From Candidatus Jordarchaeales archaeon (lineage in GTDB: Archaea > Asgardarchaeota > Jordiarchaeia > Jordiarchaeales > Freyrarchaeaceae): a stretch of DNA of 32,000 nucleotides. Positions 25,386 through 32,000 of this stretch are shown piece after piece. The position numbers and the translations under genes were made by a program. Every line of letters starts with the position of its first letter. The stretch's first letter is position 1. A model generated the notes under the pieces. It worked only from the letters and a program-made list of their open reading frames with translations, was not told where the DNA came from and ran no database searches. Where the stretch lies: assembly GCA_038858525.1 (NCBI GenBank), contig JAWCFL010000014.1:16279-48278 (forward strand), given 5' to 3'.

Positions 25386-26942
25386 TTGGCGAAAGTGGAA
25401 GCAAAGGGCCGTAGGACCACGCTTTTATCTCTTGGACTGGCTAACTTCATTCATCGAGCGGACATAGAAGCCCTACCAGTATACATCACCTCGATAGCGA
25501 GAGAACTTGCGCAACCGAGAACAATGATGGGTCTCGCTGTGTTCTCCAGAACAGTGTTCTACACCGTTATGGCCCCTGTTTGGGGCTACTTAGCAGATAA
25601 ATATTCAAGGAAGAAGGTTTTGCTGGTAGGATGTGTTCTGTGGGGCATCCTGACAATACTAACAGCACTCGTCCGAGACTACAACCAGCTTTTGATTGTA
25701 AGAACATTGACAGGAATAGGGCTAGCTTCGATAATCGCTCCGTCCTTCGGAATAATAAGTGACTACTATGCTAGAGAGGAGAGAGGGAAAGCTCTCGGAA
25801 TCTTCGCGCTCATAGGAGTCATGGGAATTGCTACTGTAGTTCCAATACTTGGAATGCTAGATGCACCCAGCTTGACAGGTGGAATAGAATCAGACATCGT
25901 TTCGCTTGCACTTATCGCCTCTACGCCAGGTGGAGTCCAGTTATTAACAAACCTCCTAATCTTAGACGCGAACGCCAAGTTCACGGTATTCTTGGGTTAC
26001 TGGAGAAATGGCTTCATCCTCGTAGGAGTAATAAGCTTGGTTGTGTCGGTGATACTCTTCCTCTTTGTGAAGGAGCCACCCAAAGGAGCAGCGGAAGCCG
26101 AGCTTGAAGGGCTACCAGTAAAAGAGATTAGTGAAGTATACAAGATATCCAAAAAAGACGTGGTTGAAATAATTAAAATTCCAACAATGATAGTGCTCTT
26201 CGCTCAAGGCATTGCAGGCGTGATCCCGTGGACCGTGTTGGCCGCTTGGCTCATCCACTGGCTTGAAACAGCGAGATACCAGCCTCCAGGAACCGCAACA
26301 ATGATATTCGGACTAGTGGTCGTGGGTGTAGCTATAGGAAACGCGCTTGGAGGATATATAGGCGATAGATTACACAAGTGGAACCCAGACAAAGGACGCA
26401 TACTCACAGCTCAAATATCGATATTCCTGGGAATTCCCCTCACATTCGTAATACTAACATTTCCATTAAACGCTTTAGAGTACACGCTTATGGGCTTCAT
26501 TACTGGCGCTGCTCTAAGCTGGTCTGGAACAGGCGCTGTTCAGCCGATGGTGGCTGACGTAAACAAGCCTGAAGTCAGAGGTACAGCGTATGCCATAGAG
26601 CAGTTCTTCGAGGTAGGCTTCTCAGCTTTCGGAGCCTTGCTTGCAGGATGGATGGCGGATGTTCTCGGCGGCGGTTTCTTCATGCAGTGGATGTCACCCT
26701 ACGCTTACATCTGGCTGCCAATTCTTGGAAACTACGGCTTTGCCGGCGTCATGACCTGGATATCGGCAGCTTACATGTCCGGTCAGGCTTTAACCTCGGC
26801 AATGCTCCTTACTACCGTTATACCATGGACAGTCTGTCTTCTCCTCTTCACACTAGCATACAGGTACTACCCAGCGGATAGAGAGAAAATTCACAAAATC
26901 CTCGAGGAAAGAAGAAAACTAATGCTTGAGAAGAAAGCCTAA
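25386..26942 (+). CDS. MFS transporter (Spinster-like)
   Basis: Motif A GYLADKYSRKK, RTLTGIG, DYY..EERGKA, GGYIGDRL, DVNKPEVRGTA. Start at TTG 25386 after GGGGTGA; the ORF track starts at 25314. Confidence 0.9.
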   Translation: MAKVEAKGRRTTLLSLGLANFIHRADIEALPVYITSIARELAQPRTMMGLAVFSRTVFYTVMAPVWGYLADKYSRKKVLLVGCVLWGILTILTALVRDYNQLLIVRTLTGIGLASIIAPSFGIISDYYAREERGKALGIFALIGVMGIATVVPILGMLDAPSLTGGIESDIVSLALIASTPGGVQLLTNLLILDANAKFTVFLGYWRNGFILVGVISLVVSVILFLFVKEPPKGAAEAELEGLPVKEISEVYKISKKDVVEIIKIPTMIVLFAQGIAGVIPWTVLAAWLIHWLETARYQPPGTATMIFGLVVVGVAIGNALGGYIGDRLHKWNPDKGRILTAQISIFLGIPLTFVILTFPLNALEYTLMGFITGAALSWSGTGAVQPMVADVNKPEVRGTAYAIEQFFEVGFSAFGALLAGWMADVLGGGFFMQWMSPYAYIWLPILGNYGFAGVMTWISAAYMSGQALTSAMLLTTVIPWTVCLLLFTLAYRYYPADREKIHKILEERRKLMLEKKA

Positions 26943-27035
26943 ACACCCCTTTTTTATATTTACGGGCTCCTTCCACTTAATATATTAGAAAGCTTTTCTT
27001 ATTTTGTAGTTAAATGTTTTGATGGTGAAGTATAA

Positions 27036-27512
27036 ATGTCAGGTGATAATTCACTGGGAAAATTAAAGGGAGTATACGTGCTGGTTCTTCGCTTCCTAAA
27101 AGACGTCGTCGTGAAGGTTGGCAGTTTGGGGGAAGTTCTCTTCCGCTTCGGTTACTATGGATATGTGGGTTCAGGTATGGGGCGTGGTGCAAGTAGTCTT
27201 TTTGGAAGGATTAGGAGGCATCTTTCACGCTCAAAACTCCTCTTCTGGCACATAGACTACGTAACTTCTCTTAACGAGGTTAAAGTTACCGCCGTTTTTT
27301 TCACCGAAAGCAGCACAAGACTGGAGCACGAGGTCTCAAAGGCCCTTAAAGCCGCTGGCGCCGTGGAAGTCAAAGGCTTTGGTTCAAGCGACTGCGACGA
27401 GAAATGCGGTAGCCACATGTTTTTCATAGGAAATAGCCAAGAAGAAGCTTTTTCAACTGTTTTTAAAGCATTCAAAAAACTAGGGGTAGAGCCTAAGGTA
27501 TTAAACTTCTAA
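27036..27512 (+). CDS. GIY-YIG (DUF123/Uri superfamily) endonuclease
   Basis: GVYVL...YVGSG...RIRRH...WHIDY...E...FGSSDC..C.SH. Confidence 0.9.
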   Translation: MSGDNSLGKLKGVYVLVLRFLKDVVVKVGSLGEVLFRFGYYGYVGSGMGRGASSLFGRIRRHLSRSKLLFWHIDYVTSLNEVKVTAVFFTESSTRLEHEVSKALKAAGAVEVKGFGSSDCDEKCGSHMFFIGNSQEEAFSTVFKAFKKLGVEPKVLNF

Positions 27513-27520
27513 AAATCAAT

Positions 27521-27554
27521 TTGCCTAAGAAATTTAATTGCCTAAGAAATTTAA
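27521..27554. repeat. Exact 17-bp tandem duplication TTGCCTAAGAAATTTAA x2
   Basis: Copies at 27521-27537 and 27538-27554, read directly. Confidence 0.9.
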
Positions 27555-27716
27555 CAACTCATCCGTATTTAGTAACGGCGGCGCTAAATTGAGCCCTATT
27601 AAACTAAATTTTTAAATAATCTAAGAGGTGCAGAGGCCTTCATCACTTTCATCTTTCTTTATGCTCCTTCTTGAAGAAAGAATATGACTCGCAGGTCATG
27701 TGGCGTCTCTGTTTCT

Positions 27717-28769
27717 TTACTTCTCAATAATGGTTTCTTCCACGCTTTTGCCAAAATGCCTCCCTTTATGACTTAAATGTAGTAGCACCTTGTCGCCTTT
27801 CTTGATCTTTGAAACCGAGAGCGCCTTCCCGTCCTCACCTACTAAAGCCACAGTTTCAGCATTTTGAAGTATGACCTTGAAGACTTCACCGTCCTTCTCC
27901 GCCTCCACTAGAATGAGTGGCCTTCTCTCTATCTTTACTCTCCCGACAACGGCTTCCCTCATTACTCCCCTATAGTTGACGGTGAGTACGGTGTCCCCTG
28001 CCTTTAGCTCTGAAAGATACTTTGTCTTCCCGTCCGGTGATAGAGTGTATGAGTGAACAGGGCCAGCGTTGACTCTGAATGGCCTAGGGGACGTGAACTC
28101 AGTTTCTAGGGTTTCGCTGTGAACAAGGAAGAGTCCCTTAGCTTGGGATCCGACAAGCATTCCCTCCCCTACTTCGAGTAGGGAGCACGTGTCAACGCAC
28201 ACTCTGTCGCCCATTCCGACCTCCTTCACGTTAATCACTTCGGCCGCTGTGAGCGGCATCAGGTCCTTTTCCTGTACAAGCTTTGCTAGCTCCGCCACTT
28301 CGTTAATGCTCTTCGGCTCATAAATTACTGCGTCCACTCCTAGCTCGAGCGTCTGAAGAAGTGTTCGTGCCTCCTCAACACTTTCCGCTTCGGCGTAGAG
28401 TTCCGTGTCCATCTTGTGGAGGTCGGCTATTATGTTCTCCAGCGGAATTATCTTCCAGTCTTCTGCCTCAACCATCACAGCTGAAGCTCCGGATTTCGCC
28501 AAGCTGTAAACTTTCTCCTCATCCTCCTTTCTCGCCACCTTAACTCTATAAATGACTCCCTCCTCGGGCTGGGCGCCCTCATCGAACTTTTTTACCGTAA
28601 CGTCTCCCCCGCTCCCATCAGAAAGCACCTTGACAGAACCGAGAGACTTAACTTTCTCAGCTATTTCGGGTGGCGCATAGAAAGTATTGATGCCACGAGT
28701 TAACGCTTCAGTAGCATACTCCTTCGCCGAGCTCCAGGGTGGGCTCAGCTTAAGAATGACTTTCTTCAA
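27717..28769 (-). CDS. aroB': 3-dehydroquinate synthase II (archaeal type)
   Basis: [73 protein letters not shown] overlap with aroA'. Confidence 0.96.
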   Translation of the reverse strand: MKKVILKLSPPWSSAKEYATEALTRGINTFYAPPEIAEKVKSLGSVKVLSDGSGGDVTVKKFDEGAQPEEGVIYRVKVARKEDEEKVYSLAKSGASAVMVEAEDWKIIPLENIIADLHKMDTELYAEAESVEEARTLLQTLELGVDAVIYEPKSINEVAELAKLVQEKDLMPLTAAEVINVKEVGMGDRVCVDTCSLLEVGEGMLVGSQAKGLFLVHSETLETEFTSPRPFRVNAGPVHSYTLSPDGKTKYLSELKAGDTVLTVNYRGVMREAVVGRVKIERRPLILVEAEKDGEVFKVILQNAETVALVGEDGKALSVSKIKKGDKVLLHLSHKGRHFGKSVEETIIEK

Positions 28770-29554
28770 ATTTTCAACCCCGCTCTTTCAGCAGCTTCCT
28801 CAATGTCAGCGTCATTCAGAACTATTTCTACGACAGCCCTAACTATCGCCACAGGATTCTCATGCTGGAAGGCGTTCCTCCCCATTGCTACACCAGCAGC
28901 ACCCGCATCCATAGCGCCTCTCACCATTCTGAGCACGTCTGCGTCCGTTTCAGCCTTCGGTCCTCCCGCTATCACCACGGGAACCGGGCACCCCTCGACG
29001 ACCCTTCTGAACGTTTCCGGGTCCCCCGTGTACGGCGTCTTGACTATGTCAGCGCCGAGCTCGGCTCCCAGCCTAGAAGCGTGAGCAATCGTGTCAGGGT
29101 TGGCTTTAATGTTCTTGCCTCTAGGATACATCATCGCCACCAGTGGAACCTGCCACTCGTCGCACGTGTCAGCCACATAGCCGAGCTTTTCAAGCATGTG
29201 TGGCTCCATGTCGCTTCCAACGTTCACGTGGACGGATACAGCGTCCGCTCCCAGCCTTATAGCTTCCTCCACAGACCCAACTCTCACCTTCCAGTTTGGG
29301 TCTGGGCCAAGCGAGGTGCTTCCCGAAAGATGCATTATGACTCCGCATCCAGGAGGAGAACTCAGGCTCTTTATGATCCCCTTGTGAAGTAGCACCGCCG
29401 TTGCTCCGCCTTCCACAACTTTTCTAACAGTTTCGTCCATCTTTACTAGTCCCTTCATCGGCCCATCAGTCACTCCGTGATCCATAGGTATGACAACAGC
29501 CTTCCCCTTTCTCATTATCCTAGAAATTCTAACCTGTTTCCCATTCATGATCAA
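28766..29554 (-). CDS. aroA': 2-amino-3,7-dideoxy-D-threo-hept-6-ulosonate synthase (DhnA-type class I aldolase)
   Basis: [22 protein letters not shown], Schiff-base [19 protein letters not shown]. Adjacency to DHQ synthase II fixes the function. ATG 29548 is an alternative start. Confidence 0.92.
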   Translation of the reverse strand: MIMNGKQVRISRIMRKGKAVVIPMDHGVTDGPMKGLVKMDETVRKVVEGGATAVLLHKGIIKSLSSPPGCGVIMHLSGSTSLGPDPNWKVRVGSVEEAIRLGADAVSVHVNVGSDMEPHMLEKLGYVADTCDEWQVPLVAMMYPRGKNIKANPDTIAHASRLGAELGADIVKTPYTGDPETFRRVVEGCPVPVVIAGGPKAETDADVLRMVRGAMDAGAAGVAMGRNAFQHENPVAIVRAVVEIVLNDADIEEAAERAGLKI

Positions 29555-30642
29555 CCACCTCTCACCATGTTGTACGCCATCATCAACTCGGCGTTAAGTA
29601 TTGCGGCTCCCGCAGCACCCCTAATGGTGTTGTGACTTAAGACGGTGAAAGCCAACGAGTTAGGCTCACTCCCCCTCCTAATCCTGCCGACGTTCACACT
29701 CATTCCCGGAACACTTCCAGCCATCCTGTCAAGCCTAGGTTGAGGCCTATCGATCTCATCCCTTACTATTATGGGTTGCTCAGGTGCTGAGGGAAGCTTA
29801 AGTTTCTGAGGCTCGCCCCTAAACTTTCTAAATACCTCCTTAACCTCCTCAACATCAACCTCACTCTCGGTAACAAGAAAAACCGACTCGGTGTGTCCAT
29901 CTAGGACTGGAACCCTATTACATGAAGCCTCCACCTTGAAGTCTGCTGGAACCACTCTCCCGCCATCCAGCTTGCCAAGTATCTTCCTGCTTTCCCTAAT
30001 AACTTTCTCTTCCTCACCTGAAATATAGGGTATAATGTTATCAATGATCATCAGTGACGGAACACCGGGGAGCCCGGCTCCAGATACCGCCTGCATTGTG
30101 GCGACGTAAACTCTCTCCAAGCCGTAATGGTCGTATATCGGCTTCAACGCTATAACCAGCCCTATCGTGGTGCAATTCGGGTCCGTCACTATGCACCCCT
30201 GCCACCCTCTTCTCTCTCTTTGCACATCCACAAGCTTAAGGTGGTCGGGGTTCACTTCAGGTATAATCAGCGGCACGTCTTCCTCCATTCTAAAAGCGCT
30301 AGCATTACTCGAAACGACGCATCCGGCCTCAGCGAACTCGGGCTCAACTTTCCTAGCGACATCTGCAGGTAGTGCTGAAAAGACCAGAGTAGCCTCAGCA
30401 TCACGCACCGTGACGTCAACGACCTCCATAGACGCCACCTCCTCGGGTATTTCAGTCGGCAAATGCCACTTTTCACCAGCAACTTCCCCGTACTTCTTCC
30501 CAGCACTTCTCTCGGATGCTGCCAGCACCGCTATGTCAAACCAAGGGTGATTGTAGAGCATCGACACAAGCCTTTGTCCAACAGTCCCCGTACACCCTAA
30601 TATTGCGACATCCACCTTTTTCAATACAACCACCCCACTCAA
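29551..30642 (-). CDS. asd: Aspartate-semialdehyde dehydrogenase (archaeal type)
   Basis: [27 protein letters not shown], catalytic [25 protein letters not shown]. The start is probably slightly downstream ([10 protein letters not shown]). Confidence 0.97.
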   Translation of the reverse strand: MSGVVVLKKVDVAILGCTGTVGQRLVSMLYNHPWFDIAVLAASERSAGKKYGEVAGEKWHLPTEIPEEVASMEVVDVTVRDAEATLVFSALPADVARKVEPEFAEAGCVVSSNASAFRMEEDVPLIIPEVNPDHLKLVDVQRERRGWQGCIVTDPNCTTIGLVIALKPIYDHYGLERVYVATMQAVSGAGLPGVPSLMIIDNIIPYISGEEEKVIRESRKILGKLDGGRVVPADFKVEASCNRVPVLDGHTESVFLVTESEVDVEEVKEVFRKFRGEPQKLKLPSAPEQPIIVRDEIDRPQPRLDRMAGSVPGMSVNVGRIRRGSEPNSLAFTVLSHNTIRGAAGAAILNAELMMAYNMVRGG

Positions 30643-31243
30643 ACCCTAAAACTCTCTTTTTTTATTCTTTCGCCTCTCATCGCTCCCATAAACCCCCTAA
30701 CTTACCTTTAAAAATACATTCGCTTCTTCAAAGATAATAGCGGATGCAGCGCCTCTCAGTGGACGCCTTTCGTCGTCAGACATCACAGAACCATTTATAG
30801 TAGCCTCTTCGTACTTTCCGCCAACAATTAAGTAACATAACCGCCTCAAAATAGCAGCAGTTACCATTTCCTCTACGTTTACTAAGTTAGTGCGTAAGTC
30901 ACCGAAAATCCCCGCCGCATCACCATTAGGCATCACTAGTCCCGCTCTCTGACTGGTAATAAGCTGCTTCCAAAACCTGAGGCGAAAAATACTCTTGGAA
31001 CTTAAAGGTGTAAAAGTCGCTTTCAACAACTCAGCTGGAATTAAAATCGATATAGTGTTCATGCTCGGTCTGCATTTGCCGGAGAAACAAAGCCATATTG
31101 GAGCTGCATCCCAATCCCATCCAGCGACAACCTTTAATTCCTTCAACCTTGCTAATATTTAAGGTTTTCTACCTTCGTTTTCCCTTTAGGAGGTTCCTCT
31201 GCTCCCGGAAAAGAATGTTTTGCCCCCTTCAAAATTCAAATTC

Positions 31244-31569
31244 TCAATTAAACGTCCTCGGCTTCTTGACACTATTTTTAGGATCCGCATTGAACTCTCC
31301 CACGTCAACTTCGCTTAAGAAATCCATTACCACTCTATCAAGGAGGGGCGCTTCCCCTATTAAGATAAAGTGTGGGCAGCCCCTCAAAGATTACCAGCCT
31401 TGAGTTGGTTATAATCTCCGCCAGTAATACTGGAATTCCCGCAGGGAACTACCTTGTCATTGGTTCCTGTAATGGTCAGAGTTGGAGCTTTTATGCGGGA
31501 AACTTCCTCCTAAGTTAAACTTACGTATGACGTCAAGCTGCCTACGTTAGCAGTTTCGGGGTAGATAGG
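31244..31569 (-). pseudogene. C-terminal remnant of an alpha/beta hydrolase (enol-lactonase-like), frameshifted and 5'-truncated
   Basis: Joining frames on the minus strand gives RRQLDVIRKFNL/EEVSRIKAPTLTITGTNDKVVPCGNS/VLLAEIITNSRLVIFEG/CPHFILIGEAPLLDRVVMDFLSEVD...*. The joins need single extra bases near 31510, 31431 and 31379. Confidence 0.8.
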
Positions 31570-31599
31570 TTTAAATAGAGGTTGATTACTTTAATCTTA

Positions 31600-31797
31600 A
31601 TGATGTCTGGAGATTACGAAGAACTGCTTAGGCCAAAGGATGTGGCAAAGATATTTAACATCTCGGTTAAGACTCTCTGGGAGTGGCAGAAGAGGGGTAT
31701 TATTAGGGCTGTTAGGCTCCCAACTGGTAAGCTCCGCTATCCCAAAAGTGAGGTTGAAAGACTATGGAGGCAGTTAGGAGCTACAGGATCCCAGTAG
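31600..31797 (+). CDS. Stand-alone MerR/Xis-like HTH matching the IS607 TnpA DNA-binding domain, without a serine-recombinase domain
   Basis: LLRPKDVAKIFNISVKTLWEWQKRGIIRAVRLPTGKLRYPKSEVERL; stop at 31797 with no YARVS catalytic motif. Confidence 0.85.
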   Translation: MMSGDYEELLRPKDVAKIFNISVKTLWEWQKRGIIRAVRLPTGKLRYPKSEVERLWRQLGATGSQ

Positions 31798-32000
31798 AAG
31801 CTCCAAGGGATTTAATCGAAGAATACTTCAAGGTTAAGCAGAGAGCCTTGGAGCATGTTTTCGCCCATGTAAGGTTTTCAAGTAAAGCCCATCTAAGCCT
31901 CAGCAGAGAGGATAGGAGGAAGCTTAGAGATGAGTTGCTGAAAGACTGGAGGTTTTCAAAGCACTACGTTGATTCAGCAATAAACTCCATCATAGGGCTT
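31764..32000 (+). CDS. tnpB: TnpB (RNA-guided endonuclease family), N-terminal 79 aa, 3'-truncated by the window edge (absent from the ORF track)
   Basis: Manual translation from ATG 31764: MEAVRSYRIPVEAPRDLIEEYFKVKQRALEHVFAHV...RRKLRDELLKDWRFSKHYVDSAINSIIGL. This matches archaeal TnpB N-termini as I recall them. SD-like GAGGT upstream. Confidence 0.8.
   Translation, partial: MEAVRSYRIPVEAPRDLIEEYFKVKQRALEHVFAHVRFSSKAHLSLSREDRRKLRDELLKDWRFSKHYVDSAINSIIGL

Larger units (their letters stand above)
31570..32000 (+). mobile_element. Left part of an IS607/IS200-IS605-derived element carrying HTH + tnpB; continues beyond the window
   Basis: An HTH ORF overlaps the tnpB start, and hydrolase homology stops abruptly near 31570. 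The exact left end is uncertain. Confidence 0.75.

Noticed and set aside
27521-27554. CRISPR-like repeat
   Set aside because: Only two directly abutting 17-bp copies, no spacers and no cas genes.
28862-29392. 176-aa plus-strand ORF, and the many other 60-130 aa ORFs antisense to or nested in long genes across the window
   Set aside because: Shadow ORFs opposite or inside well-supported genes; Ser/Pro/Arg-rich composition and no motifs.
31098-31403. 101-aa plus-strand ORF in the ORF track
   Set aside because: Antisense to the hydrolase remnant, with non-protein-like composition.
1-32000. tRNA, rRNA, CRISPR arrays, integrase/prophage or defence systems
   Set aside because: None recognised; the GIY-YIG gene is the common solitary DUF123 type with no intron or mobile context.

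Overview
Archaeal chromosomal window with many TTG/GTG starts behind GGAGG/GGGGT Shine-Dalgarno motifs. Putative longin, GLUE/GRAM-PH, CCDC47-like and profilin/roadblock-like proteins suggest an Asgard archaeon (inference from gene content only). Housekeeping core: ABCE1, rnp4, nep1, the rps19e-PDCD5-rpl39e-rpl31e-eIF6-rpl18a-pfdA-ftsY superoperon followed by argF, copA plus a YHS chaperone, and an asd-aroA'-aroB' operon. The most interesting part is 4.7-14.5 kb: a longin protein coupled to a SAM methyltransferase, a single-repeat TFB/cyclin-fold protein, a DUF1922 Zn-ribbon with tandem winged helices, a CCDC47-like membrane protein co-oriented with a GLUE/GRAM-PH plus Zn-finger protein, an inactive KaiC/MEDS-like sensor, and a JAMM protease. 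Other oddities are an ABCE1 with Glu replacing an Fe-S cysteine ligand and a CofD paralog lacking catalytic motifs. At the right edge, an element with only an HTH gene plus tnpB abuts a frameshifted alpha/beta-hydrolase remnant. All family assignments come from motif recognition by eye and from memory; no searches were run.
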